From Tubiluchus corallicola (Eukaryota > Animalia > Priapulida): a DNA stretch of 64,000 nt. Position numbers and translations under genes: made by a program. Positions 54,217 through 64,000 of the stretch are shown here, piece after piece (the first letter of the stretch is position 1; every line of letters begins with the position of its first letter). The notes beneath the pieces are model-generated. The model was not told the DNA's origin. It saw only the letters and a list, made by a program, of their open reading frames with translations, and did no database searches. The DNA lies in NCBI GenBank assembly GCA_030141605.1, contig JAQGDQ010000907.1, positions 17,488-81,487 of the forward strand. The letters are read 5' to 3'.

Positions 54217-54903
54217 AGCATTTTGCCTTTGTATTGAGCTAATTGTTTGCTGGCCACGACGTCATTATTTGTTGAAATTATTCGTCCCCAGGTGTGAAAT
54301 GTTTTACTAATTACTCAAAATGCTATGCTGAGTTCCCAGAAGTTCTAAAAAATTATTTTATGATCATTAAAATAAACCCAACTTTCAAGCAACTATAACT
54401 TTTCCTTTTAATTGTATTTAATGAAATTTGAATTTATTTGTATTCAAAATGTTCTTTTGCTTCAATTGCAACACAGAAACTACTACTGGTCTCGTACTAC
54501 ATCTTAGAATTAAATTTTACTCGACACGAAGTAATTCTTTTTTAACACACAAGTACAGAAAACAAACCAGAACAGTTGATTATTCAAAATCCGTTTTAAA
54601 AGTCAATCAAAAGAGCCACTGGATCGTTGCTGGAAATCAAACTTCAAAGTCTAATACATTTTTCATATACAATGATTAGAATGGTATAAAAGTTTAAGCC
54701 CTTGCCTTCAGGACTGATGTAAGCACTGACAGTGACCGGATCTGAAAATGGGTATTCTGGTCCTTCACTAATGTGAACTTTTTCATCATATTTAAAATCT
54801 GCAATAGAAACGAATGCAATAAAAACACTAAAAAAACTTGGAAAAACTCGGCTTATCTAAACACTTAATAGTATTAGGCTATTTAAACAATGAAGTGACA
54901 AGA
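54217..54903 (+). repeat. Segmental duplication copy A (copy B at about 63261-64000)
   Basis: Long collinear near-identity including the ILEI C-terminal exon and the start of the Bel/Pao remnant. Confidence 0.9.
54706..54798 (-). CDS. Exon: ILEI/PANDER domain C-terminal part (putative GC donor)
   Basis: attgcAG|...GAAG|GCAAGG, phase 1-1; YFKYDEKVHISEGPEYPFSDPVTVSAYISPE; alternatively reads through to TGA at 54644. Confidence 0.65.
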
Positions 54904-56546
54904 TACAAAACCTTGGTTGCCAATCGTATGGCTGTCATCCAGGAACTAACTTTACCTCAACAATGGGATCAATGAAGTGACAAGATACAAAACCTTTGTT
55001 CCCAATTGTTTGGCTGTCATCCAGGAACTAACTTCACCACAAAAATGGCATCAATGAAGTGACAAGATACAAAACCTTTGTTGCCAATCGTTTGGCTGTC
55101 ATCCAGGAACTAACTTCACCACAAAAATGGCAGCACCGTCTACAAGGAGCGAATAATCCAGCAGAGGAAGCGACACGGGGAATTTCAGCATTGGAACTGG
55201 TGAAGGAAAACAGGTAGGTGGATAAACGGCCTGCTTTTCTGAAGAGTAAGCGAGAGAAATGGCCAAAGATCGAGGATAGTATCAAAAGCAAAAATTTCTC
55301 AGATGATTCTGAAATAAAGAAAATTACCTATGGTGGTCTACACGTCTAATGCAGTTGAAAAGGATGATTGACATGTTGTGCAAGCATTATTCAAATCTAC
55401 ATCAGCAAAAAGTGTAGCTTATCTCCTACGTCTTAAACGGTTGTTGAGAGACGAAGCACTTAAGAAGATAAATGCTATTTCAAAGCACACTGCCCTTTCT
55501 TTGAAAGAACTAATGAAGGCTAAGGAAGAAATTATTAGAGCACATATATTTCCAAGAAGATTTCACAGGACAGAATGTGCTCAAGGCCAGTCATTTGTAT
55601 CAATTGGATCCTCAGAAATCAGATAAAGGCATATTGGCAGTTGGAGGCAGCCTAGCCAAAACTCCATTAGCTAAACAAGCTAAGAACCTAATAATACTGC
55701 AAAAAAACGTGTATTTTCTTGCTCAGTTGTATACCACTGCCACGATGAAAACTGCCATTCTGGTTGCAATTACACTATTCCTGTAGTCAGAAGCAAGTTT
55801 TGGAATATTGGAGTGCGAATTGAGACAAGAAAGGTTATAAGAGACTGCCGCAGGAGCAGACATTTACATGCATCCAACCTGGGCCAAAAGAAGGCTATCT
55901 TACACAGTGATAAGGTTTCAAGAGATTCGTTATTCTCCTCAGTGGGGGTCGATTGTTTTAGCCTCCTTTGGGTAAAGAACAGGAGAACATCTTATATGAA
56001 GTGTGGATGCTCATTTACGTGAATGTCTTGCATGTTTACTTAATTTAGAAGTTCTTTTTGACATGAACACTGATAGCTTTATTGATGCCCTCTTTAAATT
56101 TATTAGCAGGAGGGAAAACCAAGTGTTATCAGATTGGATCATAAAAGAATTTAGTTGGAGCAGACAGGGAGCTACAAGAGGTCATGCTAGATTGGAACTT
56201 GAACCAGAGCATCACTAATCAGCTTCAGCAACTTACAATACAATATAGATGCAAGTGGCGAAACATTCAGCAGTTAGTGAATATCTTTTGGAGCAGATGG
56301 ACCAGAGAGTATTTGTCATTCTTACAGTAACGGAATAAGTGGACTGTGCCAAAACGAAATCTCAAAGTCAATGATGTGGTGCTTGTGAAGGAGACTACAC
56401 ACAGAAATCTGTGGGCACTGGTCAAGGTGAAACAAGTTCGTGTAGGCGAATATGGGGTAGAGAGAAGTGCTACACTTAAAGTGAAGGCTCGATTTTTAGA
56501 GTGCCGGATACACAAGCTCTGTCTTCTAGAGGGTGATACTAATTGA
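54867..56546 (+). mobile_element. Decayed Bel/Pao LTR retrotransposon pol remnant
   Basis: Fragments IVLGYLNN..RYKTFVANR, NPAEEATRG, LDP...GILAVGG, FSSVGVDCF, TDSFIDALFKFISRR, FWSRWTREYL, LKVNDVVLVKE, with many stops and frameshifts. Confidence 0.88.
54888..55132 (+). repeat. Tandem triplication, 82-bp unit, inside the Pao RNase H remnant
   Basis: CAATGAAGTGACAAGATACAAAACC... starts at 54888, 54970 and 55052. Confidence 0.9.
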
Positions 56547-57064
56547 CTGTTGAATAGTTGATAAAATGCTCTATGAGTTCGCATCTTAGAAGGTCAGTGA
56601 AACTGCAATCCGCATAATGACGCTTATTCGTTGGGACGCTCTGTATGAGTAGGACTGGGCTGGAAGGAGAGACAATGGGCGAGGAGAACAATGATGGCCA
56701 CGTTCTTGTTCACAGCAATGTTTTTGTCTCGTTATCCTGCTAGTTAACTACAACATTTTTAGTTGATGAAGATCTCAACGATGTAAATTACCTGTATCCA
56801 GATAATTTAATTAAGTTTATGAATTCGATTTGTGAATTTATGAAAGCAGTTTGACCAACAGGTTATCATCTTCTTACTAATTAAGGTTTTGTTTATTATT
56901 CTTTTTATTTTTTCTTACGTATTAATGTTCTCTTTATTATTTTCTTTAGAATAATTGACTTTGGAACATGAATGAAATAAAGAAGGCATTTCTGTCCATT
57001 ATATAGCGCGTGCATAAATGATACAAGAGCCTAAAAGCAGCTACTATGATTTATTATTACTCAC

Positions 57065-57182
57065 ATCCCTTCTTTATAATCATTGCCCAGGTGTCTCTAA
57101 AGCCCAAAGAATGAGCTTCACTACTGCCAAGCTGTGTTAGCAAGTTCCGAGCTTCTTCATGCAAACGCGAGCAAGGGTCATC
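57065..57182 (-). CDS. Exon: ILEI/PANDER (FAM3-like) domain core
   Basis: cttacAG|...|GTGAGT, phase 0-1; DDPCSRLHEEARNLLTQLGSSEAHSLGFRDTWAMIIKKG matches the DD...A...LGS...L.FRDxW...KG signature. Confidence 0.88.
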
Positions 57183-57244
57183 CTGTAAGATTAAACATTT
57201 TTGTATCAAACGGCAATTAAATACAGGACTACATAAGGTTTTAC

Positions 57245-57363
57245 CTTGCTGTCGTTTTTAAGCACAATGGTAAGAGCTGGATTATGACCTTCTGGAGCCA
57301 CAAAGCTAACGAAATCATCTTGAATATTTTTACTCATCACATGTTTTAGCAATATTTACACAG
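57245..57363 (-). pseudogene. Exon: ILEI domain middle part with stop/frameshift lesions
   Basis: attccAG|...|GTAAAA; 3' part reads DDFVSFV...TIVL...SK in frame with the next exon, but all three frames from the acceptor hit a stop. Confidence 0.6.
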
Positions 57364-59493
57364 CTGGAATTAAACTTATTGCAAATTCTTAAAATAAACC
57401 AGAAAAGCTGTTTTTGTTTGTCGACAAAACATTCTTTAAGAAATACACTAATTTACTACTTATTGCGAATGAAATTAGCACGTATTTCAATACAACCGAA
57501 TGTTACCAAACCTTGAGCATCCACCAGTTTGTGTGACTCTAAGTTGTAGCCTTTACTAGCCTAAAGGGTAATCTGGCCCTGGCACTACCCATGAGAAGTG
57601 TTTAAGTCGCTATAATAAACATGGGCAAATGATTTTAATTAGCAGCAGCAGCAGCAGCAGTCACTATCCATCCTAAAATGTTCTTTTAATTTATCGTGAA
57701 CTTATTATAGAGCGTGGAGTGGAGTACCATGCAAAACATAGCCCACCTCACTAGAAGGCGACAGCTCTGAATAGGTTAAATTTAGATATATACCCCATGA
57801 TATTATGGCCGAAACATCATTCATTCTATCAAGTAACCTCCCAAATGTGATTTACCACGGGAACTAACATGGGCTTGGGAAGGTTTATGCTAATATCAGT
57901 TTAGGTCAATGCCCTCCCCTCCCCCCAGTATGGCAGTCAAAATAAAGAGTCGTCTAATAGAATCTATCTGATCTCTCTCTCTAGAGGTTTTAAATTTGCA
58001 GAGCCACCACCACCAAGAATGCCACCACTGTTGTAAGCTTACAGTCTTCTAAATACTCATCATAAATGTAACATGGCTAATGACATTCAGTAATAAACCA
58101 TTAATAAAAAATTAAGGCATGCAGAAGCAGCATTGACATCTCTCTTCTTTACTACATGAAATTTCAAACTAAAATTTTTTCAATATACTAGTCATAATAT
58201 TTGCAACAAATTAATATACTTCTTACTGCATTTAATTAGTAATTCTGCTATAAATGACAATCCAAAATTTTTTTGGCGATTCCTGTGCCAGCAGAATTTA
58301 AGCAATTATTTTAACAAGCTTCCTCATATGGCGGGTATCACTAACAATAGCTTAACACCAGTCATCCTTATAAGCAATATTTCATAATTCTGGCAAGTAT
58401 TGCTCAATACTGAAATATACAAAGGACCAAAATTTTACATGATAAGGGCTGCTCTGATTGCTACAAAGAATTTAACATCTCTTTCATTGTTATGTCGTGT
58501 GTAAAATAAAAAGTCTAATCACATATGTTAACTCAATATTCAACTGCTTCAGTATTTCAAGGCTGAAACCGTCTAAGAAAACAATTACTAAGCAAGTCCA
58601 AAGGGGAACTCAGTTTTAAACTATTTACAACATTCAACAGAGCTACAGAATAAGAATTTCACCTAATATGCTCTCACTGTCACTAACCTTATGCTGATTC
58701 ATAGTCTAAAGGTCAGTGAATAAAACTAAGTCAATCTGAAGGAAATTTCAACTATGAAGGTAGTTTTGCTTTTTATAAAACGAAAACTACAATGTGGTTT
58801 TAAACTTTTGGCAAGGACTTTTTTCTAACAAATCTTGCATTTACAGAGAAAATTAGAATGAGAAAGTCCTGATTACCAAAGCTGCAAACGTAACGATTTG
58901 ACCATCCGGTATAGTGTTGATAAAACTGACCATTTCATCTGTTTCATTATAACCAATATGTGTGTCGAAAGTTTGACTCGTTGTCACACCAACCTACATA
59001 CGTAAATGAAAAATCGGTAATTTTAATCAGGTTAAGGTTTGTCATTGCGCATGTATTACTTCTACCACTTCTTGAAGATTCCTATAAAAATTTCTGCTAT
59101 TGTTTTGCTAGTTTCATCATTTCATTAGTTTCTTCATCTGATGCATATGTGTCAAAAATATTATCCGTTGCTTCACCAACCTGCACAAATAAAGTCTTTA
59201 TATCATTAAACGAAAAGCTTCTAATTTAATTAACTCAACATTTTTGGTGTTTGTTGTAGCAGATCTATAACCATCCGGCAGTTCTTGTTGGTTTCTATAA
59301 AAAGATTTCCCTCATTGTATTACTTCTGACACAGCGATTAAAAGGCTTAAGATGAGAAATTCTGATCTTGATGTGTTTTAGGATTGTATGTATACAATTT
59401 GCACTATTCACTAAATTCACATTTCACTGAAAATCACCGTAAAAGAAATAAATATTATTACCAGCATATTTGCAATTTACAGCATTCACGAAC

Positions 59494-59571
59494 CTGTGGA
59501 TAATTGAGAACGGCTATGGAAATTCCCCTATATGAAGGCTCCTCGGGTAACAGTCCTACTAAATGTACTAC
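59494..59571 (-). CDS. Exon: ILEI domain RGxxxAV motif
   Basis: attacAG|...|GTTCGT, phase 0-0; VVHLVGLLPEEPSYRGISIAVLNYPQ. Confidence 0.78.
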
Positions 59572-59712
59572 CTGTAATAAAACAAAGTGCAATAGTTACA
59601 TTACAATTGTAAGTGTTACCGTGCTAGCAAGGCAGTTAGGGGGCATGCTAAATTGGATGTTAACATTAATATGATGAACATTACAGAGCTATCCTCAGTT
59701 CCTGTGGTAAAG

Positions 59713-60463
59713 AAGTTGGCTTTTCCTTTTCTCTGACTAGATTGTATATTTTCCAGAAAAAATGCTGAAATAATTTAATAAATAATACGTTTTCGATGTC
59801 GTGAATTCAACTCTGCAGCTGCTCAGGCTAGAAACTGCAGGCAAATTAAAATGTTGAACCTATTTGCAAACAATTTACTCGTTTATACTTTGTTGTGTTC
59901 ACTGTTTTCATTCACGCTGTATCCCCAGGGCTGTGTTGGCCCATACACTGTACCCTCCTATGCTTATAACTGCCTTATGTTTTTAACTACTTCAGGACCC
60001 TAAGAGTTTGATGCATTTTGCATGAGTTCATGAAAAACTTCTCTCACTATACAGTGATTACGTTATATTTGATAAATTTTGTTGGTTTCTCCTCCTCCCA
60101 GAAGGGATTGTCATGTAAAATCATATATAAAATGTATTTGCTTACCTAACACAAATAAAAAATTGACATAAAATTGAAAAAGGCTTGCAGCAACTTCAGT
60201 GTTTGTACTGAAACAAAGTACAGTATCGTTTGTCTGAAATCGGCTAATGCAGAAAATGAAGTTTGTTTCTCCCTTTTCTCTGACCAGATGGTATATTTTC
60301 AACCAAAAATGCTGTAATGATTAATAAATAATACGTTTTTGATGTCGTCAATTCAATTCTGCAGCTGCTCAAGCTAGTAACTGCAGGCAAATTAAAATGT
60401 TAAACCTATTTGCCAACAATCTGATCATTTGTACTTTGTTATGTTCTCACTGTTTCCATTCAC
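59713..60463 (+). repeat. About 200-bp direct repeat pair (59713-59915 and 60259-60463)
   Basis: Shared TTAATAAATAATACGTTTT...CTGCAGCTGCTCA...CTGCAGGCAAATTAAAATGTT... Confidence 0.85.
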
Positions 60464-60719
60464 ATTTCGATTCCTCCTGCGACTATAACTGCCTTAGATC
60501 TTTAACAAATACAATTGATCTTTGGCATTTGAAGTTACAGACCTGTTCACAAATCCATCTTGACATGATTCGTCCGTCCATGGTTCGAGCCCCAGTTGGG
60601 CTGCAAAGAATTTCGTGACCAGAATGTTACATCATACTCGTGATCAAACTGTCTTATTTTGAATTTGTTTGAAAAAATGATGGAAATATTATAAATACCA
60701 AGCAGTGCGACAGCTTATA

Positions 60720-62072
60720 CGAAGGGCGTTCTAAAAGTATCTGTCTCTTTTTTTCTGTGCCAAAAGTAATGCGCCGCGGGCAAAGTGTTTTTGCTGGGAG
60801 GGTAGTTTTTCTCTCCCAAAAGTAATGCCACACGGGCCAAGTGTTTATGGTGGGTGGGCAGTCCCTTCTGCACATGTGTGAAAACTTTCGCGCGGTTGGT
60901 CACGTCATTTTCTGTCTTTTACACCTTGAGTAAAGGCATGCAGTGCACACTGGTCAGAATTTTCGTTTTTATGCAAGATGACAGAATGCATCAAATGGAG
61001 ATATTACAACACATACTGCCAAAAGCCTGGGGATAGTCACGCTGAAACAATCGAGAAGATTCATCAGGCCTTGGAGATAATTCCTTGAACCAAACTCAGA
61101 TAAAAGAATGGTAGAACCGCTTCAAACATGGCCGAACTTCAGTGGTGAGTGAGGCACACTCGGGCTACCCATCCACAAGCCGAAACGAGGAGATGATTGA
61201 ATTGATTCGGCAAATTGTCATGGAAGAACATCATGTAACAGTCCAGAAAATTGTTCTAGATATGTGAATAAGCACAGGATCGGTATGTTCCATTTTACCG
61301 GAGGATTTGCGCACACGAGGAGTGTCGGCAAAATTCGTCTCCAAGGTGCTGGCAGAGCACCAGAATTAACGTCACATGGAAATCGCCTGGACATGCTGGA
61401 TTGTGCACACAGACTTTATGAAGACCATCATCATAGGTGATGAGATACTGGTATTAAGGTTATTACCCACAAACCAAGTTCCAGTCCTCCCAATGGAAAC
61501 ATGTGGGATCACCATAGCCAAAAAAAGCACGACAGGTTCGCAGCAATGAGAAAGTAATACTGACCTGTTTTTTCTCTTGTAGTACTGCGCATGAAGAATA
61601 CGTCACTAGGCCAAACAATTAATAAGGAATGCTACCTGGAGGTTCTCCGTCGCCTTCGCGATGCTCTGCAATGAAAGCGATCAGACGTGGGTGGAAAAAA
61701 TTGGCAATTTCACCATGCAACGTGCCTGCTCATACCATCCACATAATCCAAGCTTTCCTGGCCAGGAAGAGTACACCAGTTGATTGACAGGCTTCTTACA
61801 CTCCTAACTTGGCACCGTGTGACTTCTGACTCTTCCCTAAGTTGAGAAGCAGGCTGAAAGGGATGTGATTTGAATAACGAGAGGAAATTATAAGAAAAGC
61901 GATGCTGAAGCATTCCGGAAAAGGTGTTTTGGAGATGTTACCAGAAGTGGCAGAACTGCTGGGAGAAGCATGTTCTAAGGGGAGTATTTTGAAGGTGATT
62001 AAATCAAATTCATGAAATGTGTAGAATTGTGTTTTTATGCCCAAATGACAGATGCATTTTGAACTCACCTCG
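60720..62072 (+). mobile_element. Full-length but decayed mariner transposon
   Basis: Imperfect TIRs CGAAGGGCGTTCTAAAAGTATCTGTC / GACAGATGCATTTTGAACTCACCTCG; TA on the left and CA on the right; fragments NRFKHGRTSV, SAKFVSKVL, IIIGDE, QSSQWKH, YTPNLAPCDF. Confidence 0.9.
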
Positions 62073-62729
62073 CAAGTTTCAGAAAAAAACGGTTTGAAAA
62101 ATTATATTGTCTAGTGATTACCCTGTGAATATGTAAGGCCTAGTGACTATCTTGTGAATCTATATTGCCTAGTGACTATCTTGTGCATATAAAATGCTCC
62201 CGTTAAGTAAATTCGCCTTTCTTATCACTCAAAATCTGGCGGTAAACAACCACTTGCATTATTGTAGTCATGATGTCATGAACACACATTAAAAAAGCTT
62301 GAATTAAACATAGTATGTGTCACAAACTTGTTACACATAAGCAGTTTTCATTATGTTTCTGACACCTAGAGTTTCACCATGAAGTATTAATGCTTGTCAG
62401 TGTACAACTGTGTCAGATAACATCATAAATCACGTCATGGTACGGTTGTCCAGTTACTATTACAATAACAAATCACATCGTGGAAAAGCTGCAGCTAATC
62501 TTAAAGAGACATGCCAATTGTCAAAGTCTGGTACAACTGTTGAAATATAAGTACATATTATAAAAAGTTGTAAAATACTGACGAGAGTTGACAGTCAAGA
62601 TTCTATAATAATGCATAAGACGGTGGAAAGATTGTTTTTGCAGAAAATTATAATAAAGTAATATAATTTCACAATGCAAGTTTTTTAAGCTCCATTAAAC
62701 TTTACATTTACTGTAGTTTAAGTATGTAC

Positions 62730-62814
62730 CTCTTCGCCGTTCACTGTTACAGACACCAAGTCTTTGCTGGATGTGCCGTTAGCGCCATAGTATTGAATTC
62801 TATTCCTGAAGTGC
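62730..62814 (-). pseudogene. Exon: ILEI domain N-terminal part, probable 1-bp frameshift
   Basis: tgtttcAG|...|GTACAT; ends KDLVSVTVNGEE in phase 0, matching the next exon; entry from the phase-1 upstream exon needs one extra base in GCAAAG. Confidence 0.6.
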
Positions 62815-62849
62815 CTGAAACAATGTTTCTTCATAAACAAGGATTGCCC

Positions 62850-63111
62850 AGCAGGGTATCCCAGTAGCGTCTGCTTTCTATCTGGGATGTCGTGAGTTCG
62901 ATAGAGCGGCTGAGTCATACCAAAGCCTTTAAAAATGGCACCTGCTGTTGCCCTGCCTGGCACATGGTATTTAGGATAAAAGCTGGGTAATAATAGTCTC
63001 TGTTATGTAGTTGTAGATTGTTATTTACAGTTGGCAATAACAGCTCTTTGAGCTAATGTTAATTGCTCAACCAAAAGCCGACTTTAAATAAAGGTTGTTA
63101 TTATTATTATT
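62850..63111 (+). mobile_element. tRNA-derived SINE, possibly Meta-domain type
   Basis: B-box-like GAGTTCGAT; central GTCATACCAAAGCCTTTAAAAATGGCACC...CCTGCCTGGCAC; AATAAA and (TTA)n tail; 5' boundary approximate. Confidence 0.65.
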
Positions 63112-63260
63112 TATTTGTCCAGCAGCAAACATGTTTAAAAACTGTTACGTAAACTAAAGGTTAACACAAAAGCACACATTATCCAAGAAAATATGAAATT
63201 TCTAAAGCTCACTTATTGTTCACTCAAAAATAGCACAAATCCAGTTATATAATATTTTTT

Positions 63261-64000
63261 TGCATTTTGCATTTGTATTGAGCTGCTTCTTTTCCTGGCC
63301 ATGACATCATTATTTGTTCAAATTGGGCGTGCCCAGGTGTGAAATGATTAGGACTTAAAATGTTTTACTAATTACACAAAATGCTATGCTGAAAAAAGTT
63401 CCAAATTTTGTTCTTCTAGCTAACGACTGTTATTTTAATCTAAAAGTTCTAGTGTTTTTATCATTAAAAATAAACCCAACATCCAAGAAACTATAACTTT
63501 CCCTTTAAATTGTATCTAATGAAATTTGAATTGATTTGTACTCAAAATGCTATTTTGCTTCAATTGCAACATCGAAACTACTATTGGTCTCGTACTACAT
63601 CTTAGAATTAAATTTACTCAACACTAAGTAATTCTTTTTTAACACACAAGTACAGAAAACGAACCAGAACAGTTGATTATTCCAAACCGTTTTAAAAGTC
63701 AATCAAAAGAACCACTGGATCGTTGCTGGAAGTCAAACTTCAAAGTCTGATACGTTTTTCAGATACAACTATTAGAATGGTATAAAAGTTTAAGCCCTTG
63801 CCTTCAGGACTGATGCGAGCACTGACAGTGACCGGATCGGAAAATGACTCTCCTTCTTCTCCACTAATGTGAGCTTTTTCATCATATTTAAAATCTGCAA
63901 TAGAAACGAATGCAATAAAAACACTAAAAAAAACCTGGAAAAACTCGGCTTATCTAAACACTTAATAGTATTAGGCTATTTAAACAATGAAGTGACACGA
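63261..64000 (+). repeat. Segmental duplication copy B (runs off the window end)
   Basis: Collinear with 54217-54903. Confidence 0.9.
63802..63894 (-). CDS. Exon: C-terminal part of an upstream ILEI domain copy
   Basis: Same splice sites and length (93 bp) as 54706-54798; FKYDEKAHISGEEGESFSDPVTVSARISPE. Confidence 0.65.

Larger units (their letters stand above)
43891..64000. other. Metazoan genomic DNA, probably invertebrate
   Basis: Loss of long ORFs, AT-rich, GT-AG spliced exons, eukaryotic transposons (mariner, Bel/Pao, hAT MITEs, SINE). Confidence 0.95.

Noticed and set aside
54706-54798. Fibronectin type III C-terminus (FSDPVTV)
   Set aside because: The exon splices in phase directly after the ILEI FRDxW...KG exon, so it is better read as the ILEI C-terminus
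54888-55132. 82-bp repeats as a CRISPR or regulatory array
   Set aside because: Simple tandem triplication of retroelement coding sequence
56590-57010. 3' LTR of the Bel/Pao element
   Set aside because: Position is plausible, but there is no second LTR, clear TG...CA boundary or TSD
57641-57660. (CAG)n tract as polyglutamine coding sequence
   Set aside because: Short intronic microsatellite with no supporting exon
48022-62068. Short ORF-track entries in the animal half as independent genes
   Set aside because: They are chance ORFs, transposon fragments or partial overlaps of the exons already listed

Overview
The window has two unrelated halves. Positions 1-~43890 are gene-dense, intact Bacteroidota DNA, most consistent with Bacteroidales. 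It carries manA, engB, tadA, a Gfo/DegT pair, an LRR surface lipoprotein, sdh/frdCAB with a Crp/Fnr regulator, a TonB-dependent receptor, clpC, pheT, purB, an MsbA-like ABC exporter, exbB-exbD-tonB, tamB, tsaD and an SSS transporter. It also has a complete 1357-bp IS interrupting a DUF2628-like gene, an orphan attC-like palindrome, and an operon of four uncharacterised secreted proteins whose last gene (DUF6175-like) is cut off abruptly. From ~43891 to the end the DNA is AT-rich metazoan sequence. On the minus strand I could splice by hand a mostly phase-compatible chain of 14 exons encoding tandem ILEI/PANDER (FAM3-like) domains followed by about four C-type lectin domains; some exons carry lesions. 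The introns hold hAT-type MITEs, a 750-bp foldback palindrome, a 35-bp minisatellite, a decayed Bel/Pao retroelement, a decayed mariner and a tRNA-derived SINE. The junction is most likely a contig join or chimera, but a true insertion cannot be excluded from sequence alone. All family assignments are from motif recognition by eye; no database searches were run.
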